Part shown: piece after piece, positions 25,743 through 36,453 of the stretch
How the letters are laid out: every line of letters starts with the position of its first letter
Numbering within the stretch: the first letter of the stretch is position 1
DNA from: an uncultured Candidatus Saccharibacteria bacterium
Lineage (GTDB): Bacteria > Patescibacteriota > Minisyncoccia > UBA6257 > GWB1-50-10
Reading direction: 5' to 3'
Assembly (NCBI GenBank): GCA_964356375.1
Contig: CAYHGT010000004.1
Coordinates: 1 to 57,492, forward strand
DNA length: 57,492 bases
Position numbers and translations under genes: made by a program
The notes under the pieces: generated by a model
What the model was told of the DNA's origin: nothing
The model's input: the letters and a program-made list of their open reading frames with translations, nothing else
Databases searched by the model: none

Positions 25743-27428
25743 TTAAAACTCCCCCTTTAAAGAAATGCTTCTCAAGAGTGCAAGGTCTTTTGTTTTTAGT
25801 TGTTCCAAAATCTTCATCTCGGAATCAATTGCGATTGTCTTTCCGAAATACTGGCCAGACGTAAGGTGTGGGAATAATACATAGTCCGCGCCCTCTTTGT
25901 AGAGCATCTCCACTTCGTGCTCAGTTTCTGCGCGAACCACCACTTTAGGGCGATGCTCAAATCCACGTATTTCGATAAGTAGTAATATGTTATCTTCAAT
26001 GTTCGGGCTTGTTGATATCACAAGCTCTGCATCTTGCACCTTTGCGGACTCAAATATCTCTGGATCCGAAATATCACCAAATAAATAATGATATCCGCCA
26101 TGTTTCAGTTTTTTGATAATCTCGGGGTCAAACTCAACCACAAGTAATTTTCCTTTCGTCAAACCCATAGCGATACTCTCGCCTAATCTATGGAATCCGA
26201 TAAGCACGATTGGCCTTTTTTCATCGGTAATTTTCATATCGCGCTCAATGTTTTTCTTTCGTTCAAAAATAAAGAGTGCGCGACTAAGTACCACATACAT
26301 CTTCTCGCTAAACTGAATCATATATGACGAGAAAAGAATTGAGATAACGCCTACAGCGGTCACAAGCGCCACCACGCGCTCGTCCACGTGGCCAAGTTGT
26401 AGACCAAGCACAATGAGCACCAAACTGAACTCCGAAATTTGCGCCATAGTAATACCAGTCATAAATCCGGTGCGTTTCCTGTATCCCATAAGCCCCATAA
26501 ATATGAATATGATAAGTGGCTTTATGAGCAACACAAAAAATGAAAATGTGATCACAGGAAGAAAAAGTCCGCGCAAGTTAGAAAATACTACCTCCGCGCC
26601 AAGCACTACAAAGAACGCAATAAGGAAAAAATCACGCAGTGGCTTTATACGCGCGGATATCTGGTGATGCTCCGATGAGTTTGCGAGCGCGAGGCCCGCA
26701 AGAAATCCCGCTATCTCAACCGAGAACCCCATTTTGGAAACCACGGCCGCAACCAAAAATACCCAGGCCAAACTCACAAGAAATAAAAGTTCATGCGAAC
26801 GCGCAACCTTGCCAAGTATATATGGCAATACTTTTCTTCCCAAATAAAGCATAAGCGCGAAAAGAATTGCGCCTTTCAAAATCGTAAATACGATTCCTAT
26901 AACTGAAATGGCCTGCCCCGCCTGAATGCCCGTGAGCAGTACGAGAATAAGAATTACGATAAAGTCCTGCACGAGAAGCAATCCCACGCTTATCTTCCCA
27001 TACAGACTGTTGAGATCGCTTTTGTCCGATAAAAGCTTAACCACAATAACTGTGCTTGAAAACGTAAGTGCGATGGCGATATAGAGCGCTGGCAACACCG
27101 CAAATCCAAACCAATGCGCGAGAAAATACCCAGCGAAGAATGTAACGAGAACCTGGCCAAGCCCCACGAATAATGACGCGCGTCCCACAAGACGCAGAGA
27201 CGAGTAGTTGATTTCCATGCCAACCAAAAAAAGCAAAAACATAATACCCAACTCGGAAAATGATTTAAATGTCTCATTCCCACCCACCTGGAAAAGTCCG
27301 ACCGCGCCAATAAAAATACCCGTCGCAAGATATGCGAGGATAGTTGGCTGTTTAAATATTTTTGCAATGACGCCAAATACTGCGCCAATCAAGACAACGA
27401 TTGCAAGATTAAAAACTGCGTCAGTCAT
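25743..27428 (-). CDS. Cation:proton antiporter (CPA2/Kef-type) with C-terminal RCK/TrkA-N domain
   Basis: 561 aa, with about 12 TM helices followed by the Rossmann-like segment IVLIGFHRLGESIA. Confidence 0.85.
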   Translation of the reverse strand: MTDAVFNLAIVVLIGAVFGVIAKIFKQPTILAYLATGIFIGAVGLFQVGGNETFKSFSELGIMFLLFLVGMEINYSSLRLVGRASLFVGLGQVLVTFFAGYFLAHWFGFAVLPALYIAIALTFSSTVIVVKLLSDKSDLNSLYGKISVGLLLVQDFIVILILVLLTGIQAGQAISVIGIVFTILKGAILFALMLYLGRKVLPYILGKVARSHELLFLVSLAWVFLVAAVVSKMGFSVEIAGFLAGLALANSSEHHQISARIKPLRDFFLIAFFVVLGAEVVFSNLRGLFLPVITFSFFVLLIKPLIIFIFMGLMGYRKRTGFMTGITMAQISEFSLVLIVLGLQLGHVDERVVALVTAVGVISILFSSYMIQFSEKMYVVLSRALFIFERKKNIERDMKITDEKRPIVLIGFHRLGESIAMGLTKGKLLVVEFDPEIIKKLKHGGYHYLFGDISDPEIFESAKVQDAELVISTSPNIEDNILLLIEIRGFEHRPKVVVRAETEHEVEMLYKEGADYVLFPHLTSGQYFGKTIAIDSEMKILEQLKTKDLALLRSISLKGEF

Positions 27429-27568
27429 ACAGTAATTCTACACGGATTTCAGGCCGTGCGCGAATATATTTGTACACCCAGTTAGAAGTGTCATTCAATA
27501 ATTCACAAACTATGCAAAAAACTTTTGCTGTGGCGATACAAAAAACATCCGAGATGCACAATGGGAAA

Positions 27569-27958
27569 CTAATTGAACACAATCTGAAAGTTATACATCC
27601 CCATACCGCAGAAAACCTGCATAATACTTCCCGCCTTTTGCGGTGGAATTTCAATTTCTTTTTCGCCCGTCGGTGGCAAATGCACGCTGTATCCAATGCC
27701 CGGGATTACCATATATGACGAGCAATCAAATGTGCCTTTTGTGGTCACGCGTATAATAGTGGGCATGTCCGCCTTCGCAGTACTTGCGTTGGGCGAATAT
27801 CCGCCTTTCGCGTTTATATCTACGTACTGCTTCCCATCGGTTATGCTCACGTTGTTTATTTTTGTTTGCGCACCATATGAATCACCCACACGATAAATAA
27901 TATATCCCGAGATAATAAGTGCTACTGCAATGATTATGGATATAGGTATTGCTTTCAT
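27569..27958 (-). CDS. Membrane-anchored cupredoxin-like protein
   Basis: 129 aa with an N-terminal TM helix and the Cupredoxin_1-like end ...GSIMQVFCGMGMYNFQIVF. Confidence 0.65.
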   Translation of the reverse strand: MKAIPISIIIAVALIISGYIIYRVGDSYGAQTKINNVSITDGKQYVDINAKGGYSPNASTAKADMPTIIRVTTKGTFDCSSYMVIPGIGYSVHLPPTGEKEIEIPPQKAGSIMQVFCGMGMYNFQIVFN

Positions 27959-27979
27959 ATGTTATACCTTAAATTAAGG

Positions 27980-29014
27980 TTAGAAAGTGAAAATCGGTGG
28001 AATAATACCAATCGCTGAAAGTCCGTTCACTAAATTGAATAGCGCGAACACTATCACAATAAGTCCTGCGGTTTTAAAGAATACGCTTGCCTTTTTCCCC
28101 TTCCCAAGGCCCACCGAACTGAAACTGATGAGCGCCAAAACCGGAAGTGTCCCTAATGCAAATGATAGCATGGTGAGTCCACCATTCCAAAAGCTACCCG
28201 CGGAAAGTGTGTATATCTGCATTGCCTGCGTAAATCCGCATGGAAGAAAAAACGTGGCGATTCCTACCAAAAACGGCGTAACCATATGGCTCATTTTGGA
28301 AACCGCAAGCGCCCGACTCGCCAAAAATCTCGGCATTGACGGCTGAAGCTTTTTTGCAAAATGGAACGTATCCAAAAGATTTAGACCCATTAAAAGCATC
28401 ACAACACCCACGGTAACACTCAACACAAAACTCCACGTCCCGTTCAATTGGAATGCAGAACCAATAGCGCCAATTATTCCGCCCAATAAAAAAAATGAAA
28501 GAAGACGGCCGATATGAAACATAATTGCAGGTCTTACCATATCGCCTTCTTTTGCAAACGTTGCGGACATTGAGAGCACGAGTCCGCCAACAACCGCTAC
28601 GCACGTAGAGAGTGATGCGACAATTCCAATCACAAATGCGGTACCGTAGGTTACGTTTCCTGACGTTATGAGATTTACGAGACCTAATTTTTGGAGCGCG
28701 AGAAATCCAACAATAAATGCGAGTGCGATAGGAATTGCAATTGCAAAATCAGAAGTTTTTTTACTATTCATTACCTCCGCTTCAATCGAAATCGTATATC
28801 CGTGTTTGGTCACAAGCCCGGAAAGCTCCTCCGCAATTGCCTCGGCGCTCTTCTCACCAAAATTGCCATTCACCACGACAGTGCGCGTATCTAAATCGGA
28901 GTGTACCGATTCAACCCCATCAATATCCTTAAGTTCGCTATCTACTAAAAGCACACATGCCTTGCAATGCATCCCACTCACATGAAATGTGTGTGTATGT
29001 ATGTCCGGATTCAT
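27980..29014 (-). CDS. HMA (heavy-metal-associated) domain fused to a DsbD_2/TauE-like permease
   Basis: 344 aa. N-terminal HVSGMHCKAC ferredoxin-like HMA domain followed by a polytopic membrane domain. Confidence 0.8.
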   Translation of the reverse strand: MNPDIHTHTFHVSGMHCKACVLLVDSELKDIDGVESVHSDLDTRTVVVNGNFGEKSAEAIAEELSGLVTKHGYTISIEAEVMNSKKTSDFAIAIPIALAFIVGFLALQKLGLVNLITSGNVTYGTAFVIGIVASLSTCVAVVGGLVLSMSATFAKEGDMVRPAIMFHIGRLLSFFLLGGIIGAIGSAFQLNGTWSFVLSVTVGVVMLLMGLNLLDTFHFAKKLQPSMPRFLASRALAVSKMSHMVTPFLVGIATFFLPCGFTQAMQIYTLSAGSFWNGGLTMLSFALGTLPVLALISFSSVGLGKGKKASVFFKTAGLIVIVFALFNLVNGLSAIGIIPPIFTF

Positions 29015-29051
29015 AGAATATCCAGTATATCATCACATATGCATGCCGCAA

Positions 29052-29765
29052 TCAGGTGCACTTTTTACACGTCCACGCAGTTGGTCTATCAAACTCCAAG
29101 GCGCCAATACGGCGGAACGCTCCGTTTCCATAACGATATATAATTGGTGAAGCGGGAACCAAATTAAGATGGGGTAATCGCTCAGGAGAAACTTTATCTA
29201 AATATTTTATTATGGCACGCAAAGTATTGCCATGACTGGAAATAATTACGTTCTTGTCCTCACGCAATAATGGAATCACTCGTTTTATAAAAAACGGAAC
29301 CGCGCGTTTATAGACGTCTTTTAAGCTTTCGCCACCAGGCGGATGCACGTCATAACTCCTTCTCCACGCCATCACCTTTTTTTCACCATACTTTTTTCTT
29401 ACATCGTCCTTATCAAGACCCTGCAATACCCCATAATATCGCTCATTGAGAAGATTGGTTACATGAGTCAATATTTCTGTTCGTTCGGAATGATGCACGC
29501 ACGTATACCAATTATCTTTTTTTTCGCCGGGATGCAAAAAAAGACCTGTTAGTTTTTGCGAAGATAATATGATATTGAGCGTTTCCTTAGCTCGCACAAG
29601 ATTGGACACAAACGCATGATTAATTTTAATTCCTTTAAGTTCTTTTGCGGCTCTTATCACCTCAAGAATACCGTTTTCAGTCAAGGGAATATCTACCCAA
29701 CCAGTGAATCTGTTTGTTTTATTCCACGCCGACTCACCATGACGAACAAGGATAAGCTTTGGCAT
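29052..29765 (-). CDS. gpmA: Histidine-phosphatase family, 2,3-bisphosphoglycerate-dependent phosphoglycerate mutase-like
   Basis: 237 aa. LILVRHGESAWNKTNRFTGWVDIPL is the dPGM signature. Confidence 0.85.
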   Translation of the reverse strand: MPKLILVRHGESAWNKTNRFTGWVDIPLTENGILEVIRAAKELKGIKINHAFVSNLVRAKETLNIILSSQKLTGLFLHPGEKKDNWYTCVHHSERTEILTHVTNLLNERYYGVLQGLDKDDVRKKYGEKKVMAWRRSYDVHPPGGESLKDVYKRAVPFFIKRVIPLLREDKNVIISSHGNTLRAIIKYLDKVSPERLPHLNLVPASPIIYRYGNGAFRRIGALEFDRPTAWTCKKCT

Positions 29766-29771
29766 AATTTT

Positions 29772-31955
29772 CTATAATTTAAGTTTGCGCTCTACTGCTT
29801 TGAGTGACACTGCATTCAGCGCAACAATAATGGAGGAAACTGACATGAGCAACGCCGCTATCTCCGGGCGAAGCGATATTCCAAAACTAGGGTAGAAAAC
29901 ACCGGCAGCGACGGGAATTGCCAATACATTATAAATTACCGCCCAAAAAAGATTCTGCTTCATTTTGACAACGGTCGCCTTAGAAAGACGGATTGCGGCG
30001 ACAATATCATAGGGATCGGACTTCATAAGCACTATGTTTCCAGTCTCTATTGCTACATCCGTGCCCGCACCTATTGCTATGCCAATATCAGAACGCGCAA
30101 GCGCGGGGGCATCGTTTACGCCATCACCCACCATCGCCACAAATTTACCCTCGTCCTGTAATTGCTTCACATATTTTTCTTTTTCTTCCGGCAACACTTC
30201 GGCGAAAAATCTATCAAGACCGAGTTCATCGGCAACGCTTTGCGCAACACGTTTATTGTCACCCGTCAGCATTATAGTCTGAAGTCCAAGCGCCTTGAGC
30301 GCGGTGATAGCTTTTTTGGAGTTAGGCTTAATTGTATCGGCAACCGCAATAACACCCGCAACCTTGCCATCAACCGCTAATACGCTAACGGTTTTTCCTT
30401 CTGTTGCAAGTTGTTCCAAAACCACGCGCTCATCCGCAGTAGCAATACCCCTCTCATTTAACAATCGTTCGTTGCCTGCCAAAACTGTTTTTCCATCTAT
30501 CACAGCCATTAATCCGTGACCTGTCACTGATTGAAAGCTGGAATTTGGAACGATGACAACACCCCTCTTTTTTGCTTCATCAACAATTGCTTTCGCAATC
30601 GGGTGATTGGAAACCGATTCTATTGATGCCTCGTATTTCATCACATCGTTCTCGATAAATCCGTTAAATGCGATGACATTGGTCACCTTTGGTTTACCCT
30701 CGGTTAATGTACCCGTCTTATCAAGCACAATGGCAGTCAAGCGAGAAGTATTTTCAAGTGTTGCGGCGTCTTTAATAAGAATGTTATTTTTTGCACCAAT
30801 GCCTGTCCCAACCGCAACCACGGTCGGGGTTGCAAGCCCAAGTGCATCTGGACACGCAATAACAACCGTAGAAATCGCAAATGTAAGCGCTACCAAAAAT
30901 GAAGCACCCGCAAACACATACCAACCCAAAAATGCAGCAAGTCCCGAACCAATAGCAACGAGGACCAACCAGCCCGCGGCTTTGTCTGCAATCCTTTGGC
31001 CTGGCGCCTTGCTGTTCTGTGCCGTTTCCACCATTTTAATAATATTTGCGAGCACCGTATCTGCACCAACTTTCATTGCTTCAAAATGGATGACACCCGT
31101 TATATTGACAGAACCGCCCACCACGAAATCACCAATATTTTTATTTATCGGAATTGATTCGCCTGTCACAAGCGATTCATCAATACTCGTCTCTCCATAC
31201 ACAACTTTGCCGTCCACAGGAATTTTGTCTCCCGGTTTTATAAGCACTATATCTCCTCGCACAATCGCGGAACTCAAAATCAATTCCTCTTTTCCGCTTC
31301 TTATCACAATTGCTTTGGGGGGTACAAGATCAAAAAGCGCGCGGAGCGCATCGGAGGTTCCGCGACGGGACTTCATTTCCATCCAATGCCCAAAAAGAAC
31401 GAACGTAACAAGAAGCGCCGCCGCTTCATAAAATGTTTCTGCGGAACCGATAAATGTAAGAAGAACGCTAAAGAGATAGGCGGCAAGTACGCCCGTCGCA
31501 ATAAGCACGGACATATTCAACTTTTTTGCCCTTAATGAATAATAAGTGCCAGTAATAAAAATGGAGCCGGCCCAAAATACGATCGGTGTGGTAAGAATAA
31601 AAAGCAACCAATTTATTGGAATGGGCGTAGGAAGATTCAGTTTAAACACGCTTACTCCAACTGGTGAATAGAGAAAAATAGGAATGGAAAGCAAAAACGA
31701 AACCAAAAACCGCTTGCGCATATCCACTTCCATTGCTTTCGCAATTTGCGGATTGGTCATCGCCGCCTCGTGGTCTGCGTGGTTCATGTTTTGCATATCG
31801 TGACCACCCATATCATGATTGGCATGCGATTTATCTTTCTTTTCCAAAATTAATTCCATTCCGCACGCAGGACATCGTCCTGGTTCTGATTTGCGAACCT
31901 GCGGATGCATCGGGCATGTGTAGACCTCGTTTTCTTTGTGATTTAAGTGATTCAT
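29772..31955 (-). CDS. P1B-type heavy-metal-translocating ATPase (CopB-like, His-rich N-terminus)
   Basis: 727 aa. The N-terminus has CPMHPQV...CPACGM and the His-rich HANHDMGGHDMQNMNHADH. DKTGTLT and GDGVNDAPAL are present. The TM6 motif reads CPD rather than CPC or CPH. Confidence 0.9.
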   Translation of the reverse strand: MNHLNHKENEVYTCPMHPQVRKSEPGRCPACGMELILEKKDKSHANHDMGGHDMQNMNHADHEAAMTNPQIAKAMEVDMRKRFLVSFLLSIPIFLYSPVGVSVFKLNLPTPIPINWLLFILTTPIVFWAGSIFITGTYYSLRAKKLNMSVLIATGVLAAYLFSVLLTFIGSAETFYEAAALLVTFVLFGHWMEMKSRRGTSDALRALFDLVPPKAIVIRSGKEELILSSAIVRGDIVLIKPGDKIPVDGKVVYGETSIDESLVTGESIPINKNIGDFVVGGSVNITGVIHFEAMKVGADTVLANIIKMVETAQNSKAPGQRIADKAAGWLVLVAIGSGLAAFLGWYVFAGASFLVALTFAISTVVIACPDALGLATPTVVAVGTGIGAKNNILIKDAATLENTSRLTAIVLDKTGTLTEGKPKVTNVIAFNGFIENDVMKYEASIESVSNHPIAKAIVDEAKKRGVVIVPNSSFQSVTGHGLMAVIDGKTVLAGNERLLNERGIATADERVVLEQLATEGKTVSVLAVDGKVAGVIAVADTIKPNSKKAITALKALGLQTIMLTGDNKRVAQSVADELGLDRFFAEVLPEEKEKYVKQLQDEGKFVAMVGDGVNDAPALARSDIGIAIGAGTDVAIETGNIVLMKSDPYDIVAAIRLSKATVVKMKQNLFWAVIYNVLAIPVAAGVFYPSFGISLRPEIAALLMSVSSIIVALNAVSLKAVERKLKL

Positions 31956-31959
31956 TGAT

Positions 31960-32685
31960 TTATTTTATATGACGCTTTGATAATCTACGCCACATGATGT
32001 GCTCATACATACTGGACCAGATAAACCCGAAGCTTGCCGCGAACAAAAGTTCTTCAAGTGGAATACCGAATATCAAGATTCCTGAGATTGCTTTCAGATT
32101 CCACACCTGCGAAACATACCCGGGATATGTGAAAATTAACAATGAGAAGAAAATAAAATAGAGATAAAGAAATATTATTGCACTCGTGAACATTTTCTTT
32201 TTTAAGTCCGGACGACAATACCAAGACAAAAGACCACCTACCGTCATAGCTATGATTGCGGAATAAATAGGATTAAGTGAGGTCACACCCACAAGAAGCA
32301 AAAATATTGCCGGCATTGATAAAATAGCGAAGAGATGGAAACGATGATGTGGCAAATGCTGTTCGTGCGATATAACACCAGCATGTGAAATGTGAAAAAG
32401 GTGCTCGTATATCACCACCGCGATTCCACCAACCGCAAACGCAAAAATAAAACTCTCAATATCAAACCCGGTTCTATGCGCCAAATCAAAAAGTGAGGGC
32501 GGATTCCAATATGCGGGGACGAAAAATGGCTCTGTAAATCCAGTGATAAGTGTCAACACACTCACCCAAAACATCTCCTTCCTGCCCTCCTTGCTTTTCA
32601 AAAAAAGGTACAGTACGAACCACGTAGCCAAAAATGACAGACTCCATAGAAACCATGCGAGTTGGGGTTCGTGCAATGCGTTCAT
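31960..32685 (-). CDS. Polytopic membrane protein, unknown function
   Basis: 241-aa hydrophobic ORF packed tightly between the redoxin and ATPase genes. Confidence 0.55.
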   Translation of the reverse strand: MNALHEPQLAWFLWSLSFLATWFVLYLFLKSKEGRKEMFWVSVLTLITGFTEPFFVPAYWNPPSLFDLAHRTGFDIESFIFAFAVGGIAVVIYEHLFHISHAGVISHEQHLPHHRFHLFAILSMPAIFLLLVGVTSLNPIYSAIIAMTVGGLLSWYCRPDLKKKMFTSAIIFLYLYFIFFSLLIFTYPGYVSQVWNLKAISGILIFGIPLEELLFAASFGFIWSSMYEHIMWRRLSKRHIK

Positions 32686-32691
32686 TTAACC

Positions 32692-33357
32692 CTAATTATT
32701 GAGTCCAGCAATCTTACTCACAAGCAGATCATTTGCCATTGCCATATTCGGATCGTCTCTTACTTCTCTCACTATACCATTTCTATCAATCAAGACGTAC
32801 GTATGTCCGGGCAACGAACCCCTGTGCATTGACGAAGGAAGCGTCAGCAAGCCTAGTTTTGCCGACGAGCTTCCACCGACATCAAATAATGTCGTTGCTT
32901 TTGCAAGCTCAGGCATCTTCTCAATTGCTCTCTGCCAATCTTTACTCGGATCCAATACCACCGAGATTGCCTGAACCTCACTGGTGTTAAAACGCGCATC
33001 GCTACCAAATCCCGCAATCTGATTCCAACACGCCGGATAACACATCAATCCCTCGTTAAAAAACAAAACCGTTATTTTCCCTTTAAAGCCTTCCGCGGTG
33101 TATGTCTTTCCGTTTTTATCAACCAACTGAATATCGGGAAGGGGCTTCCCCACCAACAAATCCGCATCGCCGGCACTCGCGGACACATTCCCCTGCGCTG
33201 AATGCATGGGGTCAACGGCCTGCGGTGCCGGCCTTGATGCTGTCTGTGGCGAAGTCCTAAATAAGAAATATCCAAAACCCAAAACGACTAAACCGATGAT
33301 AACGACTGACCCAACTGAAAATTGTTTATTGTTCATGATTTTTATATTGTTTAACAA
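32692..33357 (-). CDS. Membrane-anchored redoxin (AhpC/TSA / TlpA-like thioredoxin fold)
   Basis: 221 aa. The segment VGKPLPDIQLVDKNGKTYTAEGFKGKITVLFFNEGLMCYPAC carries a CxxxC in place of the usual CxxC. An alternative ATG lies at 33336. Confidence 0.7.
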   Translation of the reverse strand: MLNNIKIMNNKQFSVGSVVIIGLVVLGFGYFLFRTSPQTASRPAPQAVDPMHSAQGNVSASAGDADLLVGKPLPDIQLVDKNGKTYTAEGFKGKITVLFFNEGLMCYPACWNQIAGFGSDARFNTSEVQAISVVLDPSKDWQRAIEKMPELAKATTLFDVGGSSSAKLGLLTLPSSMHRGSLPGHTYVLIDRNGIVREVRDDPNMAMANDLLVSKIAGLNN

Positions 33358-34183
33358 ATATGTATGTGCAATACCCTACAATTCCGATGAATGCGAGCGC
33401 CCAAATATATTCGGGAATTATTCTTACAAACCCGTTTATATAATTCAAAAACTTTGCGGATGTGATATTCATATCCAATTGATAATCCGAATGACTATAT
33501 AACTTGTTATGAAATGCCAAGTAGGTTATGTAGATTCCCATGCCCAAAAATATAATGCTGGAAACGAGCTCCGATATAGTAATCTGCCAATGATACGAAC
33601 CAATTCGCAAACGAACTGTCTTGCCGACCTTTGCAATCTTTTCGGCCAGATTATATTTATCCAATAACATGGCGATAATGAATAGTGGCAGAGTCATTCC
33701 CACCACATACGCGAGCGTATAGATGGCTCCCCAGACAATTGTTCCACTTGCAACCGACAACGCAAGAACCCCCGCTAATACGGGCGCACAACACGTAGTG
33801 GCAATTGCGGAAAAAATTCCGAGCAAATAGATGGAAGAAACATGCTTCTTAAAACTATCGCGTACCGTCGTGGGAGTTGAAAACTTTTTACCAAACAGCA
33901 TAGAAAGCGCGAGTGTGATAAGAAAAATTCCCCCAACCGCGAAAATAACATTGTGATAACGGCTAAATAACTGCGCTAAAAATGACGCCCCGAGCCCGAT
34001 TGGCAAAAACACAGTAAGTATTCCAAGAAAAAATATAAAAGTCATAAAAAATACCTTATATCGCTCCTTAAATACATTTGCTAAATAGGAGGGCAGAAGC
34101 ACGCCCACACAACAAGGGGCGAATAATGCCGCAACTCCGGCAACAAACGCGGCAATTAATGAGGTTCCTACAAGTAGTTCCAT
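33326..34183 (-). CDS. CcdA/DsbD-family membrane protein
   Basis: The ORF extends to 34243; ATG at 34183 (MELLVGTSLIAAF) removes the overlap with the upstream gene. Has Cys pairs FAPCCVG and ATTCCAPV. Confidence 0.7.
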   Translation of the reverse strand: MELLVGTSLIAAFVAGVAALFAPCCVGVLLPSYLANVFKERYKVFFMTFIFFLGILTVFLPIGLGASFLAQLFSRYHNVIFAVGGIFLITLALSMLFGKKFSTPTTVRDSFKKHVSSIYLLGIFSAIATTCCAPVLAGVLALSVASGTIVWGAIYTLAYVVGMTLPLFIIAMLLDKYNLAEKIAKVGKTVRLRIGSYHWQITISELVSSIIFLGMGIYITYLAFHNKLYSHSDYQLDMNITSAKFLNYINGFVRIIPEYIWALAFIGIVGYCTYIFVKQYKNHEQ

Positions 34184-34190
34184 TAATAAT

Positions 34191-34658
34191 TTAATTCTTA
34201 ATACTCCACGCAAAACTTTTTGCTGGCAGACCACCGCCCGCAATAGTAAGTTCCACGGATTTCGGCGCCGGTACGATTGGTTTGAATATTAGAACACCTT
34301 CGCGATGGTGCCCACTAAGTGCGCCCTCCCATTTTTGTGGACTATATGTGTTGCCTCGATCATCCACCAATGTAGATACCTTCACCATATCCCAATCCAA
34401 TTCAACCGAATGAGTATTGAGTACCACATCAAACTTCCATTCTCCGGCGTTAGGCGAAAGTTCCAACGGTGTCACAGTTGCAGAAACCACCCCAAGGTCA
34501 TCACTTTTTGCCTCCCACTTCGCCACGTTGACGGCGCTATCCGCTACTGGAATTTTTTGTGTGAGAACCGGATGATTAACATCTCTGTAAAATATCACAA
34601 GAACCACGACACCGACTACAATTGCACTTATTAACAAAATTTTTTGTTTTGTATTCAT
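34191..34658 (-). CDS. Membrane-anchored extracytoplasmic protein, unknown function
   Basis: 155 aa with an N-terminal TM helix followed by a beta-rich domain. No family recognised. Confidence 0.55.
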   Translation of the reverse strand: MNTKQKILLISAIVVGVVVLVIFYRDVNHPVLTQKIPVADSAVNVAKWEAKSDDLGVVSATVTPLELSPNAGEWKFDVVLNTHSVELDWDMVKVSTLVDDRGNTYSPQKWEGALSGHHREGVLIFKPIVPAPKSVELTIAGGGLPAKSFAWSIKN

Positions 34659-35137
34659 ATACTTTGCTTTTTAAATTTTATAACCCGACTACCGACATAG
34701 AAAATACCGAGAAGATTGAACAACAACCCAACCCAGAAAAGTTGTACCTGATACTGCGCAACGAGCGTTATCATTCCTACCGTACCAAGAATGGGAAGCA
34801 AATTCACAAGATAATGCGCGCAACACGAAACCATTGATACCACGGATGTCGCGCCCGCTACTCCAAGCACCTTTCCTTCTCCATGTGTGCGCGTAATGAG
34901 TCCTCTCAAATACACATAAAAACCGACCTGAATACCGAACCCGACCGCAAGACTCACAATAAAATACCAGAACAGGGAAAATTGATTTATCGCAAAACCC
35001 CATCCAGACACAAATGTGAGCACCGCAAAATACATAAGAAGCAATAAGATGCTCGCAAGTGTTCCATAGAGTGTTGATTTTATTGTTGTGTTATCCAAAT
35101 TCACAAGTATTAATTTTTTAGTGACAACATCCTCCAT
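34655..35137 (-). CDS. Small polytopic membrane protein with CC(A)H motif
   Basis: 160 aa with four TM helices and the motif SMVSCCAHYL. Overlaps the downstream gene by 4 nt. Confidence 0.55.
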   Translation of the reverse strand: MEDVVTKKLILVNLDNTTIKSTLYGTLASILLLLMYFAVLTFVSGWGFAINQFSLFWYFIVSLAVGFGIQVGFYVYLRGLITRTHGEGKVLGVAGATSVVSMVSCCAHYLVNLLPILGTVGMITLVAQYQVQLFWVGLLFNLLGIFYVGSRVIKFKKQSI

Positions 35138-35405
35138 GCCAGCCCTCGCCCTTTTTTTCTGGTTGTTTTTCTAACGCCTCATCATGTTTTTCTTCCATAT
35201 TGGCATCATTATGACCGCTTTGATTTCCCCCATGCCCGCGAAACATCATCCAGATATGCGCCACTATCATAAGACCTACCAGAATTGGCCCCACATATCC
35301 GCCAGAAAACAAGGCGTTACCACCAAAAAGCACAACGGCTAAAATTGCTAAACACGGTACCATCATCCACCACATAGAACGCCCACCATTATGTTTGTTA
35401 TTCAT
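35118..35405 (-). CDS. Small membrane protein with His/Cys-rich tail (DUF2933-like)
   Basis: The ORF extends to 35429; ATG at 35405 avoids overlap. Two TM helices and a tail ending ...GHGGNQSGH...GWHGGCCH. Confidence 0.55.
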   Translation of the reverse strand: MNNKHNGGRSMWWMMVPCLAILAVVLFGGNALFSGGYVGPILVGLMIVAHIWMMFRGHGGNQSGHNDANMEEKHDEALEKQPEKKGEGWHGGCCH

Positions 35406-35413
35406 ATTATTGA

Positions 35414-36427
35414 TTAATTTATGCCACACCCGCTCTGCTCACGACGTGGTTGAGGCGCGGGCGTTGGTTGTTCACCACTTACCGCACAGCCACCTCCGCT
35501 TTGTGAACCGCTCGCAGGAACGGTGACTTTTGATGCAATGTTTCTATACCCCGAAGCACTTGAGTACGTTGCGCCAAGCATTTCTTTTGCATCCACGTTA
35601 TTCCACTCAACCCCCTTGCTTTTCATATATGTTGCAATAGTAAGATGTGTATCGGGAAACCAGTACGAATTTACCGAGAGTGCAGCAGCATACATATCCT
35701 GTTCACTTACTCCTTGAGATGCCATAAGCTCCAAAAGTCCGAGCATTGCCATGCCGTGATTGCAATCCGGGAAATTCGTTGAGTTGCCACAACACGGTCT
35801 ATAGATATTGCGCGACACTTTGTCCACCATTGCTTGCTGATCTGCGGTGAGAGTGAAAAACATATGCTTGCTGTAATGTTCCATCGCGTCCCCACGAGCC
35901 ACCGTCCAACCGCCCGTTGAAGCAAAGTTTTGCGCGCCACCGTATTGCGGATTTACCATCTCGCCCGTCTCCAATATTTGGTTTTTTTGTGCAAGCCCAA
36001 GCGCCCAAAAAAGATTCAGAACATATCCTGCATTGTCGTTCGTTATTCTAAGCTTTCCATTACTCTCGCCGGACAACAACACTTCATACTCCTTGGTAAA
36101 TCGCGGTCCATATATTGCCTTGAACTTTGTAGCATCTATTGCGCCAGCACTTACGAGTTTTGAACCAAGATCTCCCCAAATAACAGGAAGGGTGACCCCG
36201 CGCGAAGGAAGCACCGCCTCTTCCAATGCTGTACGCGCCACCTCAAATCCTTCCACCACATTTGCACTTTGTTGTTTTACCGTGCCCGCCTTTAGTCCGG
36301 TGTTGTATGTCCACGCGCCCGCAAGAATGATTGCAGAAACAACAATGCTCGCCGGAATTGTGTAATCTCTTTTTACCGACGCCCCCTCCGAAATTTCAGT
36401 ATTATGGTTATGTGTTTCGTGTTCCAT
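35414..36427 (-). CDS. Membrane-anchored protein with conserved RPCCGNSTNFPDCNHG motif, unknown function
   Basis: 337 aa with a His-rich N-terminus (MEHETHNHN), one TM helix and a large extracytoplasmic domain. Confidence 0.6.
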   Translation of the reverse strand: MEHETHNHNTEISEGASVKRDYTIPASIVVSAIILAGAWTYNTGLKAGTVKQQSANVVEGFEVARTALEEAVLPSRGVTLPVIWGDLGSKLVSAGAIDATKFKAIYGPRFTKEYEVLLSGESNGKLRITNDNAGYVLNLFWALGLAQKNQILETGEMVNPQYGGAQNFASTGGWTVARGDAMEHYSKHMFFTLTADQQAMVDKVSRNIYRPCCGNSTNFPDCNHGMAMLGLLELMASQGVSEQDMYAAALSVNSYWFPDTHLTIATYMKSKGVEWNNVDAKEMLGATYSSASGYRNIASKVTVPASGSQSGGGCAVSGEQPTPAPQPRREQSGCGIN

Positions 36428-36453
36428 AGTTTTTGTTTATTTATTACCTTGAT